From assembly GCA_002633005.1 (NCBI GenBank), contig NMRA01000051.1, positions 1,039,298 through 1,103,297 on the forward strand: a stretch of DNA of 64,000 nt, written 5' to 3'. This DNA is from Phoronis australis (Eukaryota > Animalia > Phoronida). The position numbers were made by a program, and so were the translations under genes. The notes under the pieces were generated by a model that was not told the DNA's origin, made no database searches, and was given only the letters and a program-made list of their open reading frames with translations. Shown here in pieces: positions 23,908 to 38,300 of the stretch (its first letter is position 1; each line of letters begins with the position of its first letter).

Positions 23908-26900
23908 ACGCTCTCACCTGTTGGGGGATATTACACAGTTGGAGGCGGAACCTAGTGGTGTGCCATGTGCTCTAGGTGTCTCTCTCGTCATGATCAGCAT
24001 TGTTCTGCTGGAGGTGTTCTTCAGGGTTGTGTCGTGGACACTAGGTGGCGCCCATGTCATGAATGATATTCATCAAACAGTTGCACTAATTCTGGTGGAG
24101 AAAGTAAACCTAAAAGAACTCATAGATATGATGTGAAACAGCTGGCATTTGGTCCCAGTTGTGCATGATTATTCACGCGGCTGTCACACAAGTTAAAGTG
24201 AGGAGAAATTGAAACCTTTCCTTGTGTGAGCATTGCACAGCTAGAGGTAATCTAACTTGCACGCCAGGTGGTCTCCTAGTCATGATCCATTTCCACCTTG
24301 CCGGAGCACAAGTTCAAATGGGAATTGAATCCTCCTGTTGTATTTTGATGCAGCTGGACATTGTCCCCGGCAATCCACCCTGCTCACTATGGCTCTGTTG
24401 TCATGATTGCTGTCATACTGTTGTTGTACAAGTTCAAGTACAGGAAGTAAACCTCTGTTGAAACACCTTCTACCGTAAGATAGTGAAGATTCAGATGCCA
24501 TTATCACCTGTGATACGACTGGATTTGAAATCGACCGTACTTGATGCAAGATCGCATGGTCATCACAGTGTTGAATTCCTATTTCTTGTAGGCTCACAAT
24601 CTGTAATCAGTTGTCTAAGGCCAATAATGATGTTAGATCCTATTGATTGTACGCAGTCATTGGAGATGTTAGACCCTTGGTGATACTGCTATAGTATTAT
24701 GACTTGAGTGGCATGAAGTCTGCATATCACTTTTCTCCAAGCTTGCTGGTCGTTCAAAATTTGGGTTTGAAGAAGTATTAAGCTCATCAGTCGTCTCTCT
24801 GTGTTGCCATGAGCCTTTTAAAACGGCGCTGGTCAGCTGACCTTGGCTTGAGTGTATGTACTCTAGTACCCCCTGTAGAGCAGCATCTGCCTCTGGTAAT
24901 GGGCACACTTGCGACAATTCTGATTGAGTGACTTTGGCATAGTAAGCCTCTTTGATTGGATAGTGTTTTTTTAGAATCATATCTACTCTTGTCCGTCCAG
25001 TACTTAAACGAAAATAGTTTCTGTGAAAAATGCCTGTGGTCTCCTCTCAAACACATCACCTAAGTCGTTGGGAAGATGCATGAGGGGGTTCTCCATTTAA
25101 CTTCACCTTGCCATGTGAGTCTGATTATATTCTGGAAAAAAAGCATTTGCTTTATTGAATTATATCACTGTCAGCCAGAGTGTTATTGAGTGGCCACTAA
25201 ATCACATGTCAGCAAGTATATGACTTATTATTTTTTGATTATTCACATAAAGTTTCTCCAAAGCTGACAGCTGATTTGCAGGCTTTTAAGTGGAACTTGC
25301 GTGCTGATTCCTAATCACTATGATTGGTTGATCAAATTGGTTAGAAATACAACACGTAGCGACAATGAAGTAGATTAAAAATTGCCAAATGCTTTTAAGA
25401 ACAAGTTTTGTGTTGGTAATGATCCGCAGTAAATCACCATGTCCAGTATGTATTATGATGTGATGTTGAGGAATAACACTGCATGATGTGGGTTATGTGT
25501 GCTCCCAAGTTACATCATTAGTTCAAAGGTCACCTATTTGCAGAATTGTTTGTTTTCACACTTACAAGTTGTCTGCAATTTGTTCCCGTTATGCATTAGC
25601 ATAGTTAGGAGCATGCAAATACATCTTGATAGGCCAATTTTGCTGGTCTAACAGCTAAGCTTGGTCATGTGTTGCGTAATAATTGATTTTGTTTTTACCT
25701 TGGTGGCTGTCCGTTGTTGGTAATTTTACTTTGTTACCTTGCTGGCTGTCCGTTATGCGTAATTTGACTTTGTGAGGTTTGTGGAAAACCATCTTGTGAG
25801 GAATCAATGGGCAGCCTGCTTGGTTAGTTTGGCCCCATTACACTCTGGGGAACAAGACAAGCTCACTCAGTTGTCATGCCAAGTTTTGATAAGCCCATGC
25901 CTGTCTCTGATCGCCTTCATTACAGATGGTCCCTGTGTACAGGTTCCAGTGTTGAAGTATTATTCACTGTCCTTTTTGACATTGAATACTGTTTGTTGGG
26001 CAGTTTTAAAACAATAAAAAAATAATTGGTGACGTTTTGGTACACATTGTACCAGACGTGCTAAGGCCGGTCATGTAGGCCCATTGCAGTGATCGCCTGG
26101 GACCATTTTTATGATTTTTAATACGTTAGTTAAAGCTGAGCTGAGGAAGCTTACTCTTCTCCCATTAGGCCATACTGCCGCCTCCATTAAAAGAACCAAT
26201 ATTTTGTTGCTGCTAGCTCTGGCTTTGTTTGTTATGTCTTGAAGTACTACAAGGTTAGCAAAACATGAAGCATCAGTTGTTTAAAAGTCAACCGTGGGGA
26301 AAAACAATCTGCTTTATTGAACATTCTGTAGGTATGGAAACAGATCCTCTCTGTGTAAATTGCAGTAGGACTAGCATTTTGTGTCTGAATTGTATCTGGA
26401 AACTTCCTCTGTGGTGTATTCATTTGTATCATTGTCCACATATTTTTAGCTGTAATTACAGCATTTTGCAGGAAAGGAAAGTCCTATGTTATGGTGAGTT
26501 GAGTGGCAGTATATTTAAGTGTGCTGTGTTTCCAGCTTTGTGGTCTGTGTCACAAAAAGTGTCCCAAAACTTATTTAGTCGCAAATTTGGTCTCATGCCC
26601 CCCACAACTATTTATGAAAAATAATTAAATCTCTCTTCCGTAAAAGTGCAAAGTTTCTGATTGTATACAGATATTAACTCTTGTTAATGGAATCATTTTT
26701 ATAAATTATTTCTAGACTCCCATGCACTCATAATTTTGCTGAACCTTTATTGTAATTGTGAAGTGGCAGTACGAAGCCAACTTGTTGTTTTATGTCTTAG
26801 TGAATTTGATCCCTGGTTAAAAGTTCGTGAGTTGGATCTTTTTGCTTCTCAACAGAAGTGGGTGTCTTTGCACAAGCTCACTGTTGATATGTTGAGTAGT

Positions 26901-29225
26901 CGTGTCTGGGCGTGGAGTTTTTGATTTTATTCAGGGATCAGCGGTTCATTAACTGGTTGTTGTTTGGTTATTAAACTGTCTTGGCTTAAACTGTATGTAC
27001 ATATTAGGTCATGTTAGGAAGTTGTGTAAAATACAACTGCCCTGCATGTATGTGTTACCGATTTTGAAAAGTGATTACAAAAAATTGTTTGATCGTTTTT
27101 AATAATTGTACTGAAATTTGGTTACCATGACATTTTGCCAGTTGGTTTAAGCTGATAACACTTGGGTTGTTTTGCATTTTGAAATGTTAACATTTTGATT
27201 TTGAGTGAAATATGTGGCTTAAGAGATGTTGTAAGGAATTTGAGAGCTTTGTTACTGTTCTGGTGTTACAGAATCGTGGCTTTTTGAGTTAATTGTTTTT
27301 TATTTTCAACAAATGTCATTTTATAGGCATAAAGTTATGAAATTGATTTGTGTAACTGAAGTTGAGTAGACGTTATAATTGAAGTTGTGACTTGCAAATT
27401 TATGAAGGTTGAAGGAGTGTTTGTGAGGAAGTGAGTGGTGCAATAGCCTGGGACCATCTATATAGAATGTTTCCAAGAAATGTTTAATCTGTCCTTGCAT
27501 GGGACATTGCCTATTGAAGAACAGTCTAATTTTGGGGGTATACGAAGGTTTTGAGGTGACTCGTCAACTGAGCAATGATCAAATATGACTATGTTTTGTG
27601 AGAGACTATGTATTCACCAGGTGGCGCCAATAAAGGCACTCTTTTTCACACCTAAATCGGATTTAATAGCATAAAGCAAATCCTCAGCTTGCAGAGGCCT
27701 CAGTGGGGTAAGGGTTCCACGTGACTACTCGAATGCATGCATGTATACCGAGCTGGGTTCATTAGAAACGCGGGAGACAGAATACCAAGATCTCGCAAAA
27801 TTTTGCAAGAGATTGTCTATTATTACAGGCAAAGCATGTGACATTAGTTTTTTCTGGTACGTGTCGTGGGACTCCGGAACACACCTCAGGTAGGACTGTT
27901 GTCCTCTCATAAATCTAATCCCCCATTAGTTGGGCTGTCATCAGTCGTCTTTGGGGGTCTGTGCACAGAATTATTCATTGAGCTTCTTGTTTTTCATCGG
28001 TATTGTATGTGCAACAGTAATTGTCTCTGTACTTAAAATATATTTGACATTGTAATTGTTTGTCATCGCGATTGTTTTTGTTTTTTATTAATTTATTTTG
28101 TAAGTAGTTCAGTTTATTTATTGTAGGTCGTTTATCATGGTTTCGTATTCCGCCGTTTGATGATTTTTTCCAGCGCTGCCGTTCCACAAGTCGGCGAAAG
28201 GCAATAGTTAATATTCTATTATATCTGTGCAATAATGTTGATATTTTCCAATTTTTAAGATTTTTTTCATCAAATTTTTAATCCCGATGGAAGGCTTGTG
28301 TTTAGATTGTTGTACATAAGGTTTCGAGTATTTTATGGTGCCAAAGCTAGGAAGGACGTACATAAGTCTTGTGATGTATCCATATTGATTGCGAATCATT
28401 ATCCTCGAGTCTCTCTTATAGTTATGAATTTTGCAACCCAACAACTACGTACACAGTGAAGTAATAATGATGAGACTCGTATTTCCGGGCGGTGTTCCGT
28501 AGACGGCAGACAATCGCGAAAAAGCCAGTGGGGTCTACTGCTTCGCTTGTATTAAATGGCGAAATTTCGCGAAGACTTGGGTGATCTTGCGTTTTCGCGA
28601 GAATCTTGCGCCTACTGAACACGTCCTCGGGCACGGAGTATATTGCACATGTGTTAGATTCTGTAGCTATTTTGGTGTAGCGTGATTTTCGTCTTGCCGA
28701 CAGCTGTTAGTGAAGGGCTTCGCTTTGCCTTATAGGAGCACCAGAACCTTACGTGACAGCATGTTTGAGTTTGTCAGGGCCACTGTGCTTATTCTCAAAT
28801 GAAAAACTAACACGTGCTGTTGCCTGACCAATGGTGATGCGGGCGTAGACTTAGAAGCTTAATACTTTTCTCTAAGTCTCGCGAATGGTTTGGGGATGAC
28901 TTATCCCGTTACGGAATGACGAAAACTGTGATAGTGCGCTTTGTGAGGGTAGTAATGTAGTAATGTTTGAACAGTCCCTTAGTAAAAATCAAACTAGTGA
29001 TATTTTTGTGCGAGTTAAGCCGGAGAAACTGTGGTAATTTTGAGTGTTGGCGTATTTTCGCAGGCTTATATGAGAGTTGCAATATTTTGTCTGTTGATGA
29101 CTTTACCTTTTGTAAGCGATTACTTGTGTACTTAATGATCAATTTTGTATTAAAGTTGAAAAAATAAAAAATACCTGAAATGTCGAAATCGTAATTTTGT
29201 GGCAGTGTAAGTGCGAACTTGGGTG

Positions 29226-29464
29226 TCGTGTTTCCATGCTTTACCTCGGCGAAAACTTTGCTAATTCACCGTGCGGGTCGTTTAAGAACTAAAAGTACGC
29301 GTAGATTAAGCAAAGGCACGTGTAAATTAATCAAAAAGTGTACGTAGATTAGTACTCAGCCCCAAAAAGTTCTTAAACGAGTTCAATTCTACGCGTTGAA
29401 ATGTGTTTAATCTACTTGTGCTTTTGCGTAATTTACGCGCATTTTTGCAAACCTGGAAATAGCT
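29226..29464. mobile_element. Palindromic MITE-like repeat
   Basis: Perfect internal inverted pair TCGTTTAAGAACT / AGTTCTTAAACGA; degenerate ends GTTTCCATG ... CCTGGAAAT. Confidence 0.4.
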
Positions 29465-30192
29465 TCTTGTCTTAGTATGGAATGTTGAGACCAATTTATG
29501 ACAGTAAAATCAATTCTTGGACGGAACACGGCTCTATAGCCGCTTTAAGAAATCGTGAAATTTACCGGAACGGGAAGACTAAAAGTTTGGCGATCTTAAC
29601 CGAAGACTACTGCCTGTGGACAATACCCGATAGTGTGTTGATTTTTTGTCGCCCTAAAAATCTCAAGAATGGTATTTTTTGCAGATCGTTATTAGGAAAT
29701 AATTATAGTGAAATGAGACACTAATTGTGCAGATGTTATTTTTGTAAGTTTTTCTCCCGGACTTCATTCTAAGTCCTCTAAGTACAGTTGAGTGTTAAAA
29801 GAGAAATGTTTTGATTTGAGAGCAGATCCCTCCCCAAAACCCCGCCAGATACCTCTTCTTCCTTGGACATGAATGAAAAGAATCCTACGTTGACACTCTA
29901 AGCGGTTGAGATTGGGCAACTCGACCGGTTTGCGCACCACAGAATCTGCCGGTTCACATCAAAGACACCATGTTGTTATGGTTAATTAAATCGCCTCGGA
30001 CTGCTAATGTAATCGTTCTTTAGATAATGAGACCATCGGGAGCGACAATAGTATTTTTAAATTTTCGTTTTGTAAATAGCATATTAGAATAGCTCGTGAA
30101 AAGCACACGTGATTTGGTTTTTGAATTTTAGAAGTTGGACAAGAATTGTGAGTTTTACAACCTAAAACGTTTGTTTACTGTTGAAATAATAC

Positions 30193-30844
30193 TGTACGGG
30201 GAACGGGGGCGGTATCTACGACCAAGGCGCCCCGATTTTACGAGTCCGGTGCGGACTGAGGGTGATATTGAAAACTAAAAGTTTGTGAATAATACATAGG
30301 TTTATTGTAAGAATATATAAATACAATATTTCACACTTACAAGCAATCCAGTTGTTCCGTGACTTAGTATCGCAGCGTTGTGATTTATACAGTTCTAATA
30401 CACGGGCAGGCCAGTCGCTGATTAATAGTTGTGTGAGCAAAAATGGGGCAATTTGGTTATTCAGATCCAAAAGGTGAGATGCAATCAAGCTCAGTAGGAG
30501 CCCGAGAATTGCTGGGTCTAAACTATTGGCAACCAAGTTCGGGGGGAGTCCGAAAGCTGCACAAATAGTTGCAATTTGGTGTGAGTGAAGGTGTAAGTGT
30601 TTACTTCTTGAACTCTGCGACTGAACTCCTCGTGTCTGGCAGAGACAAAGCTTAAGTACACTATTTCAACCAATCAGACACGATCTGAAGGGAAAGGCCC
30701 ATAACTCCTAGGTTTTGACCATATTTGGCCATATCCAAAGGACCCAAAAAATCATAGGAAAATTCCATACGCTATACACAGCTTGACCACTAGAGGGCGC
30801 ATATATCTTATTTGCATAATCCTGTCCAGGGCACTCCTGTTACA
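30193..30844 (-). mobile_element. Solo LTR (probably Ty3/Gypsy) with 4-bp TSD
   Basis: Starts TGTACGGGG and ends CCTGTTACA (TG...CA, imperfect inverted ends); ATAC on both flanks (30189-30192, 30845-30848); TATAAA (~30384) and AATAAA (~30301) on the minus strand. Confidence 0.7.
30787..30817 (+). promoter_or_regulatory. CTCF-consensus motif CCACTAGAGGGCGC plus octamer ATTTGCAT inside the solo LTR
   Basis: Exact motifs at 30787-30800 and 30810-30817. Function not shown. Confidence 0.4.
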
Positions 30845-33800
30845 ATACGTTCCTCATTAATTCTGCTGGGTGTGCAACATAATTGGACCAATTTCTAAAC
30901 CACCAGGCAGCAGTTGGTTTTTGAGGTAAGTCAGGTGTCGTACAATTCTTGACATGATTTTCCCGGGCTGGATGTCCACCGTGACCATTTGGCATTTGTG
31001 CGCATGCCCTCTGAATTTATCGTAAGAATTCTCACCGAAACATGTTGATCTTAAAGAAAGACTTGCACTTCAACATGCAGAAAACTGCCGTTAAATGTGA
31101 CTCCACACGTCCAAGCTTCATTGTCTTCTGATTTACATATCTATGCACCTACGAAAAAATACGAATTATCAACAAATCTCATAAGAAATGAAATTCAATG
31201 CGGATTGAATTACGGTAAAATCGATACCATTCTTCTTCAAGCAGTAAATTCCGTAGATAATAATTTGCCATCCTGAAGTAACCACAGTTGCAAAGGCAAC
31301 CGCAATTCTCTAGGGAAAGTATTCGCGAAAGACCCCAAAAGTAATCTTGGTTGCGTCTGGGGAAGGAATCCCCAAAGTACGCCTACAACGTTTCAGATAT
31401 TTAGGTGCATTTTGACATATTTTGATGAAATTCGGGCAACTATACATCTTATATTTCTCTCTCCTGAACAACAGTCCTGATACACCTACAGTCAGCTCCA
31501 GGCGAATATTGAGTTTTTAACGCTTTGTTAGTTCGTGTTTTTAAGAATTTTGCACTTTTGTGACGAATCCATTCTTCAGTGTTTACAGGTAACTCGTTAG
31601 AAGTAATGGTTAGCTCGCCCGAGTGAACAGATTGAAGTGTACTTACTTGTGATACGCCTTTTCCGGAGCAGTAAGGAACTTAGAGCCGTCGGTCAGCCAT
31701 GGAAAATTATGGATTTTCTACGATTTTTAGAATGTGTCATGAGGTGATGATTTTTCAACTTTCTGTGGAAGCCACTGTATAGGCCTGTATGTATTAGTGT
31801 ATGTGTGTATGTATGTACGCTGTGGCTCTGGATTGTCGTACCAGCTGGTGTGTCCATGTTGACGGCTTGTTATCGCACTTGACGAAAATGTGTGTTAACA
31901 ACACAACAGAGGAGCCCAAAATTAAAGATTCAGTTCCCGTAATGCCGCCAGCCGACAAATTTGCACAATTACAGAATTTTTCACAAATCGCGCTTTCTAC
32001 TTAAGCCGAGCAACGGCTTTGATTACATCCGAAGAATCTTTGCAATGGCTTGCTAAGGCTTTTTGCTGCTATTTTCCATTTTCAATTTTGTTGAATAGTG
32101 GTTGGAAGAATAACTCACATTAGGCGATCCATACTATTTCCAAATGATTACTATGGATGCTTTTCAGCGTTCGGGATTACAACAGTCTTACTACAGCGCC
32201 TGGACTTTCAGGACCGGCTTTTACAGTTTGGGGATAAGGGAACAGAGATTGTTGTCAGGGAGAATCGTTACCTCTTTGTGGCAACATTCTTTCCTGTTCA
32301 TTTTAGACACTGTGGACTACAAACACCCAATCCACCATTGAAAACTAAACTTTTCCATGGCTCGTACAGCGAAAATTGGTTAACTGCCGCAGAAGAAAAC
32401 AGAAATAACGGGCATTGCGACTGCTCTTCATTTGTTGATATGTCCCGACCTCTATTGTGTGAACTGTCTGAGCGACACAATGAAGCAATTTGTGTGCACC
32501 ACCGAACAAAAGGAAGTTGATGTGAGTGATTTTAATATCCCAAAAGAATGCATTGAAATTTAAACGAAGGAGTTCGTAATGTAAATTTGTAGATGGCTTA
32601 TTTTACTGGACTCACCTTCTAAATGTTTATTCAGATTCGTCAAACAGTTGCATAAAATGAAACTGCGAACTACTTTGCTTACGCATGCGCAAATGCACTC
32701 CTTTCTCGGTGGTATGGCACATTTTACCCAGAACCCCAGCTGAGCGATGTGTTGTCACAGCATCGGAGACCTCAGTGGCCGGTTGCATGAAACAGTGCCG
32801 AATAGGGGCTCGACTAAGGTCCCTAAGTCTTTTTGCGTATTTGTGTCTTTATGGACTCATAGATGCAATATTTTTCTATCATTTCATCCTTATTAAGAGC
32901 TCCTCTTTGATTAATGACATAATTTTTCTAATAATAGAACTAAAATCTGAGCCCAGAGTTCATTGAAAATAAATCCAGTCCATAAATTGGAGGTTTTGCA
33001 TGAAAAGATCCCTAAATATTTTCCATAATATTGACAATTCAACGTAGAATTCACTCTCGACTTGTATCAAAGTCAAAAGCTGACTTAGTAATGAAACTTA
33101 AACAATTAAAGAAAGGGCAATCGATGTTTTCACAAGTCCAAAAATACTCAGTAGATTTAGGGAACTTATTTGATGAGTCCCCATTTGGGACTGTTTCATG
33201 CAACCGGGCACAGGCGTCCGAATCCATCAACTGCTGTCCCATTATGTAGAGTAAATGATGCATAATTAGCGTGACAAATCAGTACTTGTGATCAATTCGG
33301 ATAAGAATTAATGAAATTACAAAAGTTATAGACCAAGAGTTTTTGAACAAAACAACCTGTATAATCTTTCAGTTAAAAATAACGCAATCCGTTCTTCGAT
33401 TATTAAAAAATCGTTGCACTAGTTATAGATTGAAGTTGGGTCGTAAAAGCAATACGGGTTGTGGATACGTTTCCATACAATATACATGATCAAAAGACAA
33501 TGTAAACTAACATGTCTGAGTCCACTGGTACACAGTGGAGTAATTTTCTGAAGCACAAAATTTTCTTCGTTGATTTGCCGTTAATTGTAACAACAAACAT
33601 GCCAAACAACCTCTAAGAAAATAAGATCTTAGAGTACGTTTCCCTCACACAAGCACTCATGGATGACGGACCGTTAGAAACCAGGGGTTGACATAAAGAG
33701 GTTGACCATTCGTATTATTAAGAAGCGGTTTTAAACCCGAGTTTTCTGTCAAAAACAAGTTTTCATTTGTGCCACTTACCGTAAGTTACATTTTTTCTCA

Positions 33801-35342
33801 AGTTGTTCGTTAGTCAAAATTGAGGGGGTGTAAGGGCTTTCGGAAGAACTGACAGTTTGTTATTGCTTGAGACCAGGCTCAAAAAACTTCATGACAAGTC
33901 GAGACTTACAATGGTATTAGCTCGATGTATAGAATTAATGAACTGAGCCCTGAATCCAGAGGTCACTTCTGAACTGAGTAAGGAACGCAATAAACCAATT
34001 TCATAATGGCATGAGTGGCCTAAATCAAAACTAGTACGTGTTTAATGCCAATTTAACAATTTTGATAACATTGTGAGACGATTTTTCAGAAAGTTGCGGT
34101 GGTCCATCCAACATATTTCTGAGGGTTTTTCATACGTCTCTAGTGACCAAAGCATAATGCCGTACACATTTGATAAGTTGGTCTTTTAGTACGTTCCATA
34201 CAGTTTATTTTTGGTCATTTTGCAAAGTGGTGATAGCAACAAACCCCCAAATTTAATTGACAAATTAATTCATAAAAAAATTTCTCGCCCATCTAGCACG
34301 ATGATTTTGGTCAGCAAAAGTCGCTCGTTTTGTGTTTTTGACTTTTAATTCAATTGAATTTTAAAACTTAAAACTTCGTAACATCATCAGCCGGAAATGG
34401 ATGATCAGATTCAAATGAACCTCAGGTACCTTGATTTATGCAAGGTTCTCTAAAATACTGTCAGGATTGTTATAAATATTCCACTTATACGTTTAGTATT
34501 ATCATGAACAAATGAAAAGTCGCTTAAAACGAAAACGAAATGCTAACAGCGTTTTGAGCCTGTTATTGATATCGTTGCTTTGCTGTCAAAGTATCTTTAT
34601 TTTTCGCTAAATTCTACTGAAACACATGGTCACGCTGATAGTAAGAAAACGAATTTTGTAGGCCTCCTACTTTCAGAAAATATATATTTTATTGAGTTAA
34701 AGCAAATGTTATTTCACCAGATGTTTGACTAAATACAGCTATATGGTCTTATTATGCTGCTCTCCTATACTGGAGGGATGCGTCTGTTCAATTATACGGT
34801 CCGTTTTATCATCAAAGGTCATGTGACCGATTTTTGCTAAGTGACATTTGCTGCGCAAGTGTCCGCTATCAACCCCTAACTCTACTCATCTTCCTTCAAG
34901 AGAGCGTTTTAATGTTTCTAAAACACCACACATAGCGAGTAAACTTTTAAAAACCATTTACTTGTTTGCAAATTGATTTAGAACGGACTGACAAGTAATA
35001 AAGTAATCGTTACGAGTTTATATTGATTTAATTCTCACCGATTGTCCAACAGTTCAGCGCTTTTCTCGCACTGTAGGAAATTGTCGTCCGCTTGTATGAT
35101 ACGCGTAATCAACGGAAATTAACAACAACTGCATTAATGGTACGATGATCCGTAACTACATTATAATGACCAGCGGAACCACAAAAAGACAGCATCTCCA
35201 CAAGAGAAACGTTGATTTCTGTCAGCATTATAAACGTGATTGCCCATGTATCGACTGTTCCGTTATAATTGTCTCTATCGCGCATATGTGTCTAATCAAT
35301 GCCAATGACGAGCAACAAAACTAGACAATCAACGTTTCCAAG

Positions 35343-38300
35343 ATGCTATCAGACGCTTACCGTCTGATGACTATTTTTTTCATCATAAAAATGTTGAAGT
35401 TGGCGCAGTCACTGGAGACAATTCGTTTGAAAGGAACGAGGGGCAAGCAAATGGTGAACGCGTTAACATGGAATTCGACGAGCGTGGTTTCAAGTCCAAT
35501 CGAATGCGCTAACCATTGTGCGAGGCAGGTGTTTTGTAAAAGCGTAAGTTTTTTAGTTACGGACAACTTGTGTCATTTGCATTGCTCCGACAGTCGCTAC
35601 CAAGGGCATTTGAACGACGCCTCGGGATGGACATATTACGAACTAGCTGTTACGCCAAGCGCGTTGTGCCCAGGTGAGTTAGCCCATTTGCCATGTAGCT
35701 AATCAAACTTTGTCACTAGGAAACTTTAAAATTTCGGTATTAATTTCGATTTTCAGTCCACCATGCAAACTACCGTATTCTGTGTTCGACTATTATGTGG
35801 TAATATATATGTATGTATAACCTGTAAGGTCTTCTTATCGTCGGGACATATGTCGAACATAAATTATGTTCCTGTGTCACATTGAAACCTGAATGCACGA
35901 AGAAAATAAAAACAACAGGCTTACCAATATTTACCGCCTAGTATTATAGGACGAAACAACCACCACATAATTAATAGTAATATTGCTTTCGATGAACTTT
36001 TCCTGATCAGAAGATTTACTAATTAACAGTTGTGCCAATCGTTCTACAAATTATATATAGAGAGCACGGCACGCGAAAATGTGAAATTGCTATCGTTAGT
36101 TAACTGTATTCACGGTTTGAACAATGATCTCCATTATCATGGACAGACTTTTCGAAGTTATTATGAATATTATTGGATATGATAGACTTGTCGAAGTTAT
36201 TATGTTTGAACTGGCTAAAAATCCGCTGTTTTGTGATTTAATCACAAATCACTAATTCTTGCCAAGCATTCGCTGCAACAGTCTTTACCAGTTAAACACG
36301 CTTAAAATACTGAGATTTACCAAGTTTAGCTGCAACTGCAAAGGATTGGGACTATGAGGACTATGACCGCTTAGGTTGTGAGTTGGGTTCCGCGTTTGGG
36401 TAGATCTAACCGCTTTTGCGCCGATAATGTCACTTTAAATCCTTGAAGAGAGTATTAACCCACGCTCCATACAAGAAGTGAGCTTTTGGTTCAGCACACT
36501 TACAGTTATAAAGTTGGTTTCAACTTGTTCCTTACTCAGTACTCAGGTAATATAGTGATTTATGGGTTCGTAAAGAGCCCGCAATTCGTTACTCGTTGAT
36601 GTAGCGAATTCTTGGCGCATAAATGACATTCTTAACTTATGGAGCTCAATCTCTTTCGAAACCTTGAAATAATCTACAATTTGAGATCAAGTTCATAACG
36701 GCTGGCGGTCTAAATCAAAAGATTTTTTAGCTTGAAGGCGGGTTCATGAAGCACCGTATGCAGTTGTTCAATCAAAAGATACCAACAAAATATTACCACC
36801 ATATATTTCGGTACTTACACGATTGATTTCATATGTCATTCTTTCAATCGTATGGCAAATGTGTGAATAGTGAATAATAATTACCGTCTAGTATTTTCCA
36901 TTGCTTACAGGTATTATGTATTCTGTTGTGATGTACGATGGTCCGCAATGAAGTGACCATTTTTACTGTATTTCACTAATTATTATATTAGTTAATAAAC
37001 GTATTATCTCCCTCCCTCCCTCCCTCCCTCCTTCCCTCCCTCNNNNNNNNNNNNNNNNNNNNNNNNNNNNNNNNNNNNNNNNNNNNNNNNNNNNNNNNNN
37101 NNNNNNNNNNNNNNNNNNNNNNNNNNNNNNNNNNNNNNNNNNNNNNNNNNNNNNNNNNNNNNNNNNNNNNNNNNNNNNNNNNNNNNNNNNNNNNNNNNNN
37201 NNNNNNNNNNNNNNNNNNNNNNNNNNNNNNNNNNNNNNNNNNNNNNNNNNNNNNNNNNNNNNNNNNNNNNNNNNNNNNNNNNNNNNNNNNNNNNNNNNNN
37301 NNNNNNNNNNNNNNNNNNNNNNNNNNNNNNNNNNNNNNNNNNNNNNNNNNNNNNNNNNNNNNNNNNNATAATACACCTATACAACCTGCAGTTGATTATA
37401 ATACACCTATACAACCTGCAGTTGATTATAATACACCTATACAACCTGCAGTTGATTATAATACAACCTATACAACCTGCAGTTGATTATAATACACCTA
37501 TACAACCTGCAGTTGATTATAATACACCTATACAACCTGCAGTTGATAATAATACACCTATACAACCTGCAGTTGATTATAATACACCTATACAACCTGC
37601 AGTTGATTATAATACACCTATACAACCTGCAGTTGATTATAATACAACCTATACAACCTGCAGTTGATTATAATACACCTATACAACCTGCAGTTGATTA
37701 TAATACACCTATACAACCTGCAGTTGATATTAATACACCTATACAACCTGCAGTTGATTATAATACACCTATACAACCTGCAGTTGATTATAATACACCT
37801 ATACAACCTGCAGTTCATTATGATACACCTATACAACCTGCAGTTGATTATGATACACCTATACAACCTTGGCACACATTCTCTGTCAGCGCATTCCAAA
37901 CGCTGTAGTTCATTAGTTTGCTTTCAGGTAAAAAATGTTGTAATTAACCCCAATTAACTCTTTCTCAGCACTTGAGAACACTATCTATTCTTTACTTGGC
38001 AAAATGTAGCCCCCAACCGACAACAATTTTTCTGACACAAGCCTTGAAAACACACTCCTGAGGAAATTGATTGTCAAGTGTCACAATCCGTGATGATGAC
38101 ACTTTGTATATTTATTTAGGCTAAATTTGCATTGACATTTTTTAGTCAATTTCCTGTCCTGTAGTGAAAACACACAGTGTATCATTATAATTTTTATCTG
38201 TACTGATATTAGATTAATATGCAATTTTGTGCAATTTCAATGAAAGTTTTTCGACAAAAAGTTAAAGTTCGAAACGTTTTTTGGCCACTCGATGTAATGG

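Noticed and set aside
31200-34800. CpG-rich, repeat-looking intergenic sequence and ORFs 32098-32520
   Set aside because: No termini, TSD or recognisable protein motif could be established by eye.
37368-37957. Repetitive ORFs (PIQPAVDYNT, IIIHLYNLQL) and a CRISPR-like appearance
   Set aside because: Contiguous 30-bp tandem units with no unique spacers and no cas genes; the ORFs are a by-product of the repeat.
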